Assembly: GCA_049523215.1 (NCBI GenBank)
Contig: JBEKNC010000008.1
Location: 12,689-76,688, forward strand
DNA length: 64,000 nucleotides
Direction: 5' to 3'
Origin: Bacteroidota bacterium
GTDB lineage: Bacteria; Bacteroidota; Ignavibacteria; UBA10030
Below the pieces are notes generated by a model, which saw only the letters and a list, made by a program, of their open reading frames with translations, made no database searches and was not told the DNA's origin. The position numbers were made by a program, and so were the translations under genes. Every line of letters begins with the position of its first letter. Within the stretch, counting starts at the first letter, position 1. Below, one piece after another: positions 28,654 through 39,272 of this stretch.

Positions 28654-30492
28654 CTACTTCATCAGAATCATTTTCTTTGTTGATGTAAACGATCCTGATT
28701 GCATCTTATAGAAGTAAACACCGCTGCCAAAGCTGGCGGCATTCCATGTTGCAGGATATGAGCCGGCTTGCTTGAATTCATTCACCAGCGTTGCTACTTC
28801 ACGACCCAAGAGATCATATACCTTCACCGATACAAATCCGGCTTTAGAAAGTTCATATGTAAAGTTTGTGCTCGGATTGAACGGATTCGGATAGTTTTGT
28901 GTGAGAGCGAACTTGTCAGGGATACCTGTAGCATTGCCCGGGACTGACGTTAACACGGTTCCAAATGCCCACATAGTACTACCTACAATTTTTCCATCAG
29001 ATGCAGCATGGCTCAGATTTACGCTGGCATTAAAGCCGCAATCCAGACTATCAAGATACCAATCTGTCCTTTTCCGGTCATAATCATACACCCACACACC
29101 AGGTCCGGCCTTTATAAAATTCGTTGCAGGTGTACCACTCGAACCGGTCTTCTGTTTCCCCGCACCAGCTCCAACATTATTCACTGTGTTACCACCCACT
29201 CCAATTCCTGCTGGTGCCCAATACCACCGAATCATTTTGGTCATCAGTTGTGGAATTTTAATGGGCTTAATAGTAATCTTCTTAAATGCATTTACTGTAT
29301 CTCCGCCATTTGCCTGCACTTGCCTCTTTATATCTGATGTCAGGATAGGCTCTGCTCCCCCAACATTATATGGTGCATGGTAAACGGAGACTGTATTACG
29401 CACTGCAACACCTGAATCCGAGATACAATAATAATTATTTGAGATATGCCATGGTGTAATATGAGCAGTTGAATTGCGTTTTGCAACTACCCAGCTAATC
29501 ACCGACTTTCCATTTAATGGATCAAGATCGGGACTATCATTTAATTCACCTTGGCGTATCAGATCGGTATCGGATCCCATAGCAAAATTATCGACAAACA
29601 AATTATCTTTAATTTCGTAAGGACCGTCATTCAGCGAATCTATATCACCGAAGGAAAGCATAGCATTATAGGCCATACCATTGATGACGGTATTATGATT
29701 AAACTTAATACTATGCATCGGTTTTGTAGAAAGATAATGTCTAATAATACGCTCTTGACAATTTACGATGGTATTATTTTCCATTATCACTGAGTCAACC
29801 TCTACGTTTCTTAAATCTATCCCCTTGCCGGCTCCTAAATTCGAGGTACCTAAGAATCCCAAATCCGCAAAGACTGAATTCGTTACTCGAATAGTATTTG
29901 CTCTTCCATCGGTTCTAATAATTTGACCATTAATGGATTTCATAATACAACTATCAAGATAAACACTGCCGCCGCCACTTGCTGCAATTTGTATCTGATT
30001 ACCTTGCAGCCCATCAATCCCTCCTGTCAAGTCTTCGTCATACCCGCACATGGCAATATTTTTCAGCATCACCGTATCGTTAGCGCCAGTGCAACTCACA
30101 AATTGTCCCTGAGGCACGCTCGTTGCTCCTGAGGGTTCAAATATGATGACCGGTTTCCAATCGATCGTCATATTCCCTTTTGCTGGAATGACGTAATTTC
30201 CTGATTCCCCACGAATAACTAACTTTCTATTTCCAGTAATATTTATTACGCCATTACAGGGGAATGTTCCATTCTTTGCTAACACATAGACACGTGTATG
30301 ATTTAGCCAGGCAACCGGACCGTTTGCAGCTTTCCATCCTGTGCCTGCCGTATCCGCAATAATAAGTTGATTAAGAAAAAGACCTGTACCCAATAAATTG
30401 GGGATAAAACATGTATCCTCCACCTGACTAAACGCCCTCAGGGGGAGCAGTATAACAAGCAAAAGCCAAAAAACGTATCGTCCTTTATTCAT
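28654..30492 (-). CDS. Secreted right-handed beta-helix-like protein with T9SS type A CTD
   Basis: Signal peptide; stacked Asn repeats (ENNTIVN, FNHNTVIN, KDNLFVDN); CTD QNYPNPFNPST...KKMILMK. Confidence 0.8.
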   Translation of the reverse strand: MNKGRYVFWLLLVILLPLRAFSQVEDTCFIPNLLGTGLFLNQLIIADTAGTGWKAANGPVAWLNHTRVYVLAKNGTFPCNGVINITGNRKLVIRGESGNYVIPAKGNMTIDWKPVIIFEPSGATSVPQGQFVSCTGANDTVMLKNIAMCGYDEDLTGGIDGLQGNQIQIAASGGGSVYLDSCIMKSINGQIIRTDGRANTIRVTNSVFADLGFLGTSNLGAGKGIDLRNVEVDSVIMENNTIVNCQERIIRHYLSTKPMHSIKFNHNTVINGMAYNAMLSFGDIDSLNDGPYEIKDNLFVDNFAMGSDTDLIRQGELNDSPDLDPLNGKSVISWVVAKRNSTAHITPWHISNNYYCISDSGVAVRNTVSVYHAPYNVGGAEPILTSDIKRQVQANGGDTVNAFKKITIKPIKIPQLMTKMIRWYWAPAGIGVGGNTVNNVGAGAGKQKTGSSGTPATNFIKAGPGVWVYDYDRKRTDWYLDSLDCGFNASVNLSHAASDGKIVGSTMWAFGTVLTSVPGNATGIPDKFALTQNYPNPFNPSTNFTYELSKAGFVSVKVYDLLGREVATLVNEFKQAGSYPATWNAASFGSGVYFYKMQSGSFTSTKKMILMK

Positions 30493-30551
30493 GACGCACT
30501 CCTTAAAGAATGTTAAGTAATTAGTTAGTTAGATTACATATACTTTTATCA

Positions 30552-33500
30552 TTACAGCGACACGCGTACTCCAAGGTCAAATGTTGTACCATATAATTCT
30601 GCTCTAATGGGCATACTCCAATTCATGAAATTGTCTATCTGCGATCTTCTCTCTTTGCTATTTGTCAAATTGTTCACATTCAGAAAAACAGAAAGCACAG
30701 GGGAGACGACCTGCTTTAGGGCAAGATCCCACTTTGTAAAACTTTCGACTACATTATCTTGTGTTCCGTCACCCGAGTACTGACTTGTAAATTTATCTTG
30801 ATAGAAAACCGACAACCTGGCAGAGAATCCTGCTATATCATAGCCAAGCGCTGCATTACCATAAATCTCCGGTTGATTTTCTGATCGTCTTTTCACTAAC
30901 AAATATCTATGATCTTCCAATACAGTAAAATATGCCGGGTTTCTTCCCACGGGCGGATTCCATACCGAGTCTAGCACAACTTGATTAATAATAATATTTG
31001 TCTCAGAACGTGTTATCGAAATGCTGTACGATAATGTGATACTTTTGAGCCAGGCAACGGGAATAAAACCGAAATTCATTTGATGTTCCAATTCGAAGCC
31101 CCATGCATAGGAGCGATCAGGCGAATTGTAGGCTAAATTGGCAGAATAGGTAGTGTGAGTATGCAATTGATTATATATAAGCGGAGTGTTATTCCACGAT
31201 GACATATTTATATAGGCCATCAAATCATCTAGTCGATGGAAATCCGTGTTGGGGGCATGCGCGGCTCCTATCAGTGCACTGACCGGAGCCCAGCTTATAT
31301 TCACATTTCTCATTTGATGATAGAGATCGTCTAATACTTTATAGAATCCGGAAATCGCTATCAATCCAATCGTATTGCTATAGATCTGTGCATTTGCCTC
31401 ATAATTCCATGCCTTGGTATCCTTTAACTTGGGATTTCCAATGAAAAGGGCAGTATTAGATGTGTTATAAGAAAATTGCGGCAACCGTAAATTATAATCC
31501 GGACGCGCTAATGCTCTATACGCAGCAAAACGAAGACGGAGAAATTCTGTCGGCTTAAAAGCTAACTGTGCACTCGGCAGCCATATTGTTTCAGAGTATT
31601 TTGCTGTTGTGTCTATCGCTGGAGATGAGAGGAGTTGAACTGCGCCGGTACCGCCTACCGACCCGTCTGAATATTTTCCATGATAATCATTTGATTCTTT
31701 TTCGACCCTTATGCCAAAAAGGAGTGTGGCAAATTGTCCGACATCAAGTGTATTCATAAGAAACGCACTCGATACTCGTTCCTGAATGCTATAATCGTTT
31801 AATAATGTCATTCCGTTGGGTCCATAATCTTGCGCAGCCAAAGGATTAATAGCATTTTGGTTAAGGGTCCACCACAGCTTTAACGCATCTTGATTCATCA
31901 GTGGATTCATACTATACATACCCAAAAGGTTACGGGTTTGTATCGGTTGATCAAGAAATCGAGTCAATGGCACGGCACTATTGGATGTTCCTTCAAAGCG
32001 CGTTCCAGTAAGAATGATCGGTTCGCTTGCAGTAGTCAATGCATATGCTTTATAGTTATTCCATGAAAGATTTCCATTCGTCATCCATCGTGTTTTGTCC
32101 TTGTATTTACCTCCTACTTTAATGTTATTCGTAAACATGTCTCCAAACGTAAATTTCTTAGACACATTGAGTAATGCCGTCTTCTCAGCATCGTCGGTGC
32201 TTAGACTTAAAAATTGCGTGCTGTCAAGCGTAGCACTTGTAAAATTATTAACTGCAAGAGGGATTGTAGCTGTCTCAGGAGGATCTTTGGTTGCCGATGT
32301 AAATCCTCCTCCCGGTTCTGAAAAGGATAGACGACAATCAAAAGGGGTCTCAGTTTTCGATCGAGCATAAGAAGCATTCCAATCAACTGTTAATCCAAGA
32401 AGATAATTCTTCCCTTGCAATGAGGTATTGAGTGTACTAAGCGTTTGTTCTGTATATTCATAATTATATTTCCAAGCACTAGTTCCGCCCGATGGATACG
32501 TTCGATTATGCAGTATAAAATTTCTATCAGTCTCGCTGTACGCACCTGTTAATTTGACAGAACCGCTATCCGATGTATTAACATCAAAAATTACTTGTCC
32601 ACCGTTTCTTTTGCGGATTTCATCATTAAAATCGACCACAAATGTAGTTCTATTCCAATCGTTAGTTCCATCCGGATTCACGGTCGGAGTGGGAAGGCCG
32701 CTTTTGCTGTAAGTATATCCATACGTGACGTCTTCTTTGCTCCGAATTTTCTTTTCCGTATTACCCTGTATTTGTACACCAAGAAAATCGTCAAAATATC
32801 TTTCGGCATACCGAAGAGAGATATCATATTGTTTAGCCGACTTCATGAGATTATTATAGTCTCCTTTGAGATCGAGGCGAATTTCTCTCTCTGATGGGGC
32901 TTTTCTTGTTACCAGGTTAATACCTCCGGCAATGGCATCTGCATCCTGGTCGGGAGTCAGAGTTTTATATAATTCAATGCCTGCCAGCGCCCCTTGAGAC
33001 ATCATACTAAGGTCCACATCTCGCGAATTAGCATCTGTTGGAGGAATTTTTACTCCATCGATAGTAATATTACTGAATTTCGAGCTCAATCCACGCATAA
33101 CAACATTAGTTGCTTCACCTCCACTGCGAATAATGGAAACACCCGGTAATCGTCCAATAGCTTCTGCAGCATTTGCATCCGGTAATTCTTTAATCTTTTC
33201 CTCGGACACAACACTGACTATTCTGTCCGATGCAATCTGCTGGTTGATTGCAGCAAGTTGACCGCGCATCTGAGCGGTGACAACGACCGCTTCACCTTCT
33301 ATGATTGCGGGTTTCATTTGGATGTTTTTTTGTACATCTTTCGTTTTCGAAAAATCTATTTCCAAAATTTTCGGTTCGTATCCTACATAAGATATCTTTA
33401 TATTAAAGGTACGTGTTGGAATTCCAACAATCCGAAATTGACCTTCAATATCCGTTGCAGCCCCCAAGGATGTCCCCTCTACAATAACGTTCGCACCAAT

Positions 33501-33653
33501 CAACGTCTCGTTGTTAGAAACATCTGTGACAGTACCTTTTAACGAGGCTTGTCCAAAAGCAATTATCGGTACAAAGAGAGCGAGAGAGAAAATCCTTTTT
33601 GTGGAAGATACTATTCGCATAAGCATATTACTCCTTATTGGGATTGATTTCAT
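30552..33653 (-). CDS. TonB-dependent receptor (Xanthomonas/Caulobacter-type carbohydrate TBDR)
   Basis: AAINQQ...ELPDANAAEAIGRLPGVS..GGE...RGL plug; ALARPDY..GNPKL; ends GVRVSL. Confidence 0.92.
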   Translation of the reverse strand: MKSIPIRSNMLMRIVSSTKRIFSLALFVPIIAFGQASLKGTVTDVSNNETLIGANVIVEGTSLGAATDIEGQFRIVGIPTRTFNIKISYVGYEPKILEIDFSKTKDVQKNIQMKPAIIEGEAVVVTAQMRGQLAAINQQIASDRIVSVVSEEKIKELPDANAAEAIGRLPGVSIIRSGGEATNVVMRGLSSKFSNITIDGVKIPPTDANSRDVDLSMMSQGALAGIELYKTLTPDQDADAIAGGINLVTRKAPSEREIRLDLKGDYNNLMKSAKQYDISLRYAERYFDDFLGVQIQGNTEKKIRSKEDVTYGYTYSKSGLPTPTVNPDGTNDWNRTTFVVDFNDEIRKRNGGQVIFDVNTSDSGSVKLTGAYSETDRNFILHNRTYPSGGTSAWKYNYEYTEQTLSTLNTSLQGKNYLLGLTVDWNASYARSKTETPFDCRLSFSEPGGGFTSATKDPPETATIPLAVNNFTSATLDSTQFLSLSTDDAEKTALLNVSKKFTFGDMFTNNIKVGGKYKDKTRWMTNGNLSWNNYKAYALTTASEPIILTGTRFEGTSNSAVPLTRFLDQPIQTRNLLGMYSMNPLMNQDALKLWWTLNQNAINPLAAQDYGPNGMTLLNDYSIQERVSSAFLMNTLDVGQFATLLFGIRVEKESNDYHGKYSDGSVGGTGAVQLLSSPAIDTTAKYSETIWLPSAQLAFKPTEFLRLRFAAYRALARPDYNLRLPQFSYNTSNTALFIGNPKLKDTKAWNYEANAQIYSNTIGLIAISGFYKVLDDLYHQMRNVNISWAPVSALIGAAHAPNTDFHRLDDLMAYINMSSWNNTPLIYNQLHTHTTYSANLAYNSPDRSYAWGFELEHQMNFGFIPVAWLKSITLSYSISITRSETNIIINQVVLDSVWNPPVGRNPAYFTVLEDHRYLLVKRRSENQPEIYGNAALGYDIAGFSARLSVFYQDKFTSQYSGDGTQDNVVESFTKWDLALKQVVSPVLSVFLNVNNLTNSKERRSQIDNFMNWSMPIRAELYGTTFDLGVRVSL

Positions 33654-33711
33654 TTTATTGTACGTGGTTTAGAATATTTTGAAGAAAGACAAAAACTCTT
33701 CCTCTATCTCG

Positions 33712-33731
33712 ATTCATACCATAGTATGAAT
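33712..33731. promoter_or_regulatory. Perfect palindrome upstream of the TBDR; candidate FadR/GntR operator
   Basis: ATTCATAC-CATA-GTATGAAT; the GTATGA half-site recurs upstream of the gntR gene. Confidence 0.45.
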
Positions 33732-33783
33732 GGAATTCAAAAACTTCCTTCAACATCCTTTTTAAAAATACTATATGCCGTCT

Positions 33784-34512
33784 TTAATTCTTTTCTGCAC
33801 TTGGCTGATTTTGTAACATTTGTTCTGTATGCTGTTCAGCAATTTCAAGATGTCGTATCATTGCATTCCGAGCGCCTTCTGCATCTCGTTGTAAGATTGC
33901 GGTAAGAATTTTCTCATGCCACTCAACGGCTGATTGTTTCGCATCCACAACAGTCGCGTACACAGACGATTTGATTTGCGGAATAAGCCTGTGTATCGGT
34001 TCGAGTATCAATGGAATTAACGAATTTTCTGCCGCTTTTGCAATATCCAAATGAAAGAGCATATCGAGTCTTGAAAGCTCTTCATAGTCTCCATCACTGT
34101 GCACCAAATCGTACTGATCCTTTTTCAGTTTTTCGGCATCTTTTTCCGTGTGATGAAACGCCGCCGAGGCCGCAATGGGAGGTTCAATAATTTGCCGGGC
34201 ATGAACAACATCGAGAACATAACTGCGCTTATGTTGCATCTCAAGGTAAAGATAGATAGGATCAGTCACTGTCTCGGAAGATATGTTTTGAACAAATATC
34301 CCCTTGCCCTTCATTATTGTTATAAGACCACGCGCACTTAACGTACGGAGTGCCTCACGAACTGCCGTTCGGCTTACACCAAACTGCTGGCAAAGCACTA
34401 ATTCTGATGGAAGTTTTGCACCTGGTAATAGTGCCTTCGATCGAATGGTTTTTTCAATTTGAGATACCACGATGTTGCTTAAAAGACTCCTTTTTCCAAC
34501 AGATATAAACAT
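33784..34512 (-). CDS. GntR/FadR-family transcriptional regulator
   Basis: KLPSELVLCQQFGVSRTAVREAL HTH and FCD domain (DMLFHLDIA..N, H..I..AI...D). Confidence 0.93.
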   Translation of the reverse strand: MFISVGKRSLLSNIVVSQIEKTIRSKALLPGAKLPSELVLCQQFGVSRTAVREALRTLSARGLITIMKGKGIFVQNISSETVTDPIYLYLEMQHKRSYVLDVVHARQIIEPPIAASAAFHHTEKDAEKLKKDQYDLVHSDGDYEELSRLDMLFHLDIAKAAENSLIPLILEPIHRLIPQIKSSVYATVVDAKQSAVEWHEKILTAILQRDAEGARNAMIRHLEIAEQHTEQMLQNQPSAEKN

Positions 34513-34522
34513 TTTTTTAGTA

Positions 34523-34578
34523 GTCGTATGTATGATGTATTACATAACGAATTTATATAATATTTATTAGTCTGTCAA
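34523..34578 (-). promoter_or_regulatory. sigma70-type promoter of gntR with downstream candidate operator
   Basis: Minus-strand TTGACA (34573-34578)-N17-TAAATT (34550-34555); repeat/palindrome GTCGTATGTATGATGTATTACAT lies between the promoter and the start. Confidence 0.55.
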
Positions 34579-34829
34579 GAGAAATCTTTTTTCCCCCCAT
34601 AGTTGTTTGCTATGGTTACTGAAAGTTTTGGGCCGTTTTTGATAAGAAGGAAATGCATACTTCATTTTACGAAAAAAATGAAAAGAGGTTGAATCTTTCG
34701 AGATAAGGAAAGAAAACCATAAATACAATGGTTGCGACTGTAGGAAAGAGCATTCCTCTGCGACACTACAAGGCGCATATGAAAGAAATGGTAGATGCGC
34801 TCTTTTATTCCCCGCTGATGACCACGTTC

Positions 34830-36290
34830 TTATCTCTGTGACTCTGACGGCATACACACTATCGAACTGTCACCCCCCTGCTTATTTCTATACAGCACAA
34901 AATACTCTGCACTCCAATAGTTATATTTTTCCAACACTTTTATCGTTGTATCTTGCAGTATTTTCTTCTTCGTCAACTCGGTTTGAGAGAAAATAGAATT
35001 CGATGAGAATGGGTCCCATAGAATGAGACATTCCGGATACTCCTCGAGCGTCTTCTTGTTGAATCGTGCAAAATGCGGACCTCCCGTCGGCGCCACATCC
35101 ATGACATATGCTGCGACATAGCTGTTACTCAGTAATGTCAGATTCGGATATTCAGTCCTCAACGCTTTCGTCAATGTGATTACAACCTGATCATAGTTCG
35201 GCCAACGCCGAGGATGAGTCGTCAATATACAATTGAACACTACGACACTTAAAACGAGAATGGAAAAAACAAGGTGCACTCCCGGTTGTTTTACTCTATC
35301 CAAAATCTCCGATAGACCATACACCGAAACAATCCCGAAGAACGGCCCTACAACTGCGATGTACCGCAACTCACCGATGCTGCCCGTCCAGTGAAATATT
35401 TCTGCTCCGGCAAACGTATGAACGATAAGTGTGATCGCTATCGTACCATAGAGAATTCCAAAGTCGGCACTCCTCTTTGCCCTGGCAATAAACACGATGC
35501 CTGCAACAAAAAAAGCCACCTGTGCAAATCCGAAGGTTGTATGCAGGTTCTCCACATAGTGCGTCACCGAGACGCCAGGAATAAACTTACTCAGACTCGA
35601 AAATTTTGACCATTCCCTGAAAAACGTCATGACATCACCTGAAATGATTGTCGTTGATCCAATCCAGATCAAAGGCCCCAACAACACGAGAGGAAGTATC
35701 TTCCATTCGCGTTTCCAAACATACACGAAGAACATCAAACCGGCAAATATATACATTTCACTCCGGCACAATATCACTGCCGAAGCAACCGCCAAACTCC
35801 ATCCGTGCTTTTCCTTCAGGTAATACAAGTACGAAAGTGTGATCAGAAAAGCAGCCGGCAATTCTGTCATGCAAGCATACGAAACATCAAAGAGGACCGG
35901 TTGAAGCCCGACGAGTATGACAACCCACTCTGCATGCCGTATCCCTTTTAGTTTGGCAATCCGGTAGGTGACCAACAGAAGACAGATCAAGAGCGACAGT
36001 GCAAAGAACATTGTAAATGAATGTCCAAGTTGTGCCGGCAGAGCAAAAAGCCATTGCGGTATCGGTCTGTGCCAAGTCTGCACTGTCACAGGCAGTGCCT
36101 GCAAAACAAACCTGCTATAGAGATAATGTGCACACTCATCGATAACATAAAATCCGTTCGATTTGAGAATCCAAACAGATCCTATAACAGAGACGATGGC
36201 GAGGAAGAAAACGAGAAGCGGCTTTTTCAAATGATGTTCATTGTTTTTCTTAGTTTCATAAAAAATAGAATTCTTTTCTGATTCATTCAA
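34830..36290 (-). CDS. Multi-pass membrane protein, probable GT-C fold (ArnT/PMT-like) glycosyltransferase
   Basis: About 11-12 hydrophobic segments; DE motif after TM1 (VIDECAHY), TELP, R-x-E and RY motifs; soluble C-terminal domain. Confidence 0.55.
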   Translation of the reverse strand: MNESEKNSIFYETKKNNEHHLKKPLLVFFLAIVSVIGSVWILKSNGFYVIDECAHYLYSRFVLQALPVTVQTWHRPIPQWLFALPAQLGHSFTMFFALSLLICLLLVTYRIAKLKGIRHAEWVVILVGLQPVLFDVSYACMTELPAAFLITLSYLYYLKEKHGWSLAVASAVILCRSEMYIFAGLMFFVYVWKREWKILPLVLLGPLIWIGSTTIISGDVMTFFREWSKFSSLSKFIPGVSVTHYVENLHTTFGFAQVAFFVAGIVFIARAKRSADFGILYGTIAITLIVHTFAGAEIFHWTGSIGELRYIAVVGPFFGIVSVYGLSEILDRVKQPGVHLVFSILVLSVVVFNCILTTHPRRWPNYDQVVITLTKALRTEYPNLTLLSNSYVAAYVMDVAPTGGPHFARFNKKTLEEYPECLILWDPFSSNSIFSQTELTKKKILQDTTIKVLEKYNYWSAEYFVLYRNKQGGDSSIVCMPSESQR

Positions 36291-36471
36291 GTACGGACGA
36301 TGGAATAGTAATGACGACTGCGATAGAACCAGGTCCGCTCAAACTCGGTATAGCAAGCGAACTAAACGAGATGTTCCGCTCTTGCTGCACCTCCCTTACC
36401 AAGCGGACGTTGCAGCGAATCCTCCTAAAAAGAATATCCTGTTTTCATCGACGATATACTCAAAGGAAGTT

Positions 36472-38500
36472 CTAGAATGGGGTCAATTTCTTTTCTGTTC
36501 CCTCGCCAAGAAAGTGACCGAGAAAACGAAGACCATTCACCCATTCGAACAACCACACTTCTACCCACGTCAATGGATTCCACAGATACAAATACCATCG
36601 CCGCCAGATGTGTTGAACATATGTTCTCGTAAATGCACCGGCGAATGGGTTCCGCTTCCTGAACCAGAGACGTACAATAGAGGGCACTTTGACTTCCGGC
36701 ATCTCGATGTGAAGCTTCGCATAGAACGATGCGAGTTCCTTCACTTTTATTTCTCGCCAATCTATGATGCCCTGCCCTGTCTTTCTGATCATTTCATGCA
36801 GATCATCTTCAATTTTACTTTTCGATCGACTCTGAAGCCATACTTCTTCGAGCTGAAAGAAAAGTTTCACTATTCCCCATAACCGGAGAGCAAGAACCTT
36901 CGACCGATTCCACCAAAACAGGGCATATGCTTCACGGGGAAATCCAACTCGGCGATCATTTCGGCGCCGTACTGTCCAAAATCCGCAGTTCATTGGGTGT
37001 AATCGTTCAATTCTTGATGAATAGAGGTACCAGGCAAAGAAAGACAGTTTCTCTCTATAATAGTATTGGTCATGCCTCCAGATCTTAAGAACGTTGACCA
37101 TATGCTCTGTAGAGTAAAACTGTTCCCATGCATTATGGTATGCTTTCAAAAGTTCATCACGAGACATGCGTTCCGGCTCTACCGCGACATGCGCCGAATC
37201 GTATGTATTGAAATCATCGCTCATCCATCGTCCCTCCCGCCACCACCGCTGGTGATCCTTTGAACCCGGGAGCGGAGCAAGAATGTAGAACGAAGCAGAA
37301 TCAAACATCATTCGTTGAAGTTCTGCAATATCCTGTTTGATACTTGCCGATGTATCGAACGGCAGTCCCAGCATATAACCTGCGTGGCAGGAGATGCCGA
37401 GTGAATGGCAATGAGCAACGAGATCTTTGTACTCGGAGACCTGATTCTGAAACTTATCTTTGGAACGGAGATTCTCTCGGTTCACACTTTCCACACCGAA
37501 GAAGACTTGATTGCAGCCTGCCCGTGCTGCGAGTTCAAAGAAATCTCCTCCTGGCATTTTCCGCGCTGCGAGATCGCTCTGCATCATGAATGTGAACGGT
37601 ATCTTTTCTTCTTCTCGCAGGTGGATGAGTTGTGAAAAAAGTTCTCGCCATTGAGGATTTCGCGCTGTGTTGTCATCCGTGAAGAAGGAGTGTGAAACGC
37701 CTGCCTCATGATAACTTTGCCGCACAAAATCGACAACTTGCTTTGGATTCCGATACCGCATTGTCCGAGTCACAGTTAAAAACGCATCCTCGCCCTGTAT
37801 CAATGGTAGTAAATCGCGAGGCGAAATTATCAAATTCATCCTTCGTAATATATGGTATCGGAACATCCATGAGATTGGGTGTGGGATTTAAAAAATTATA
37901 GAGTGTTTGTGCCCTTCCCCTGAGAACGTCTTCTACAACAACAGACAACCGACCTCCTTCTACCTCTCCGGCAACAAGAATGATTCCTTTTGACATTGCA
38001 GCCTTAAGATCATCTGTAACACCGATCATAGCGAGCATACCGCTTACATGAAAACCTCCGATCAATACCGGGATTCCGTATGGCCGAAACTGCGAAGCAA
38101 TATCCAACGCACGAGGGTACTGGTTTGTTTGAACACCGACAAGCATAACGATTGACTTCACCCCAGAAACTTTAGAACGCTTGACGATATCCTTCACAGG
38201 TATCCACTCAATCGCTTCATCGATTTTGCGGATGTTGAGGGTGACTGTATGGAAGAAAGATTCCTTCTCAAGATCGCGGACAAGCGTTCCGATCTGGGTT
38301 AACGTGTTACTGCGGATAACACCGATACGTGTTTTAATCGGATAACCGTCGTCCGTGTAGTTGGTCGGACGGATGAGCGTCACATCAAGTTCGCGTACTC
38401 CATACTCTCGTGCCGTCTGGATATAGGTTCGTGCATCATTAAGCCGCTCTGGTTCTTCTACTGCAATGAGTTCTTGCATATTTCTTCCTTTTGAGAGCAT
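36472..38500 (-). pseudogene. B12-binding-type radical SAM gene disrupted by a frameshifting deletion within the CxxxCxxC motif
   Basis: The upstream ORF (37706-38500) reads ...IGGFHVSG...GEVEG...DTGRGCVFNC then goes out of frame. The downstream ORF (36472-37866) resumes at RTMRYR...FFTDDN...FFGVES...PLPGS. Only 4 nt (37768-37771) separate the segments and the third Cys is missing. Confidence 0.85.
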
Positions 38501-38783
38501 GGAATATTTTAATATTTTTATTAACTATTATTCTGATTGGGAAATTATCTCTTGACCTACACGCTAAGGAAGCGACCATCTATCCTTCGAGTACGAAATA
38601 CTCTTCACCTATCACTAATGAAGTATGATGATGATTTTTATAAGCGGGAATAGCTCGAAAGAATGAAAAAGGGATTAATCCTTTTTGTAGGACGAAGTGC
38701 TCTTAGGTGAGCATGAACGACAACTGAATTCTGGAATCCCTACAATGTATAACCGTAGGTAGACCGTTACAAGCGCCAGCCTT

Positions 38784-39117
38784 CTATTCTTGCACAGTAT
38801 ATGGCTTTGTGAGAAAATCATTGACATTCAGTTCCATCGACTGAATCAAAGTTGTGATATCGGGTTCTGCCAGTCAAGGAAATAATTGAAGTTTTTAAAG
38901 TCACAGGATCCTTTCGCAGTTCAGCAAGAACATCGAATCCTTTGAGCTTCGGCATTTCTATATCACATACAATCACATCAGGTGGATGAGTACTGACAGA
39001 CTCTCATACTCGTACACCGTCTTCTGCCAGTATAATCTCATTTCCTTCCGAGGAGAGTACCGCTTCAATTGCAGTGAGTGTATCTTTTTCATCATCGACA
39101 ACTAATATTTTTGCCAT
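38784..39117 (-). pseudogene. Single-domain response regulator (receiver) pseudogene
   Basis: Manual translation: MAKILVVDDEKD...AEDGVRV*(TGA 39004-39006)ESVSTHPPDVIVCDIEMPKLKGFDVL...IISLTGRT, then a one-base frameshift to DITTLIQSMELNVNDFLTKPYTVQE*. Confidence 0.85.
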
Positions 39118-39203
39118 AGTGAGTCTGTCTTTCGTATTGTGAAACATAACCACAGAGCAAGTTCTGGGGTTATCTTCAAGTTATTTTTCACTTCCTTACC
39201 ACC

Positions 39204-39259
39204 GTCAGGATGAAAGTCATGACGGCACGTAGGGGTGGTGTCAGGAATTACTTCCTGAC
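39204..39259. promoter_or_regulatory. Two copies of a GTCAGGA-N6-TCCTGAC palindrome (candidate regulator binding sites)
   Basis: GTCAGGA-TGAAAG-TCATGAC (39204-39223) and GTCAGGA-ATTACT-TCCTGAC (39240-39259). Confidence 0.6.
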
Positions 39260-39272
39260 GCATATTTCCTAT

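Noticed and set aside
13094-33653. Classical SusC/SusD pairs
   Set aside because: The TBDRs lack SusC-type signatures, and the downstream genes have no lipobox but carry T9SS CTDs.
37706-37770. SCRFC in the tail of ORF 37706-38500 as a rearranged Fe-S motif
   Set aside because: It is out-of-frame translation of the downstream radical SAM core (QVVDFVRQ), so it is coincidental.
39004-39006. In-frame TGA in the receiver gene as selenocysteine or alternative genetic code
   Set aside because: The position is not a Cys/Trp site, the gene also has a frameshift, and TGA acts as a normal stop for other genes in the window.
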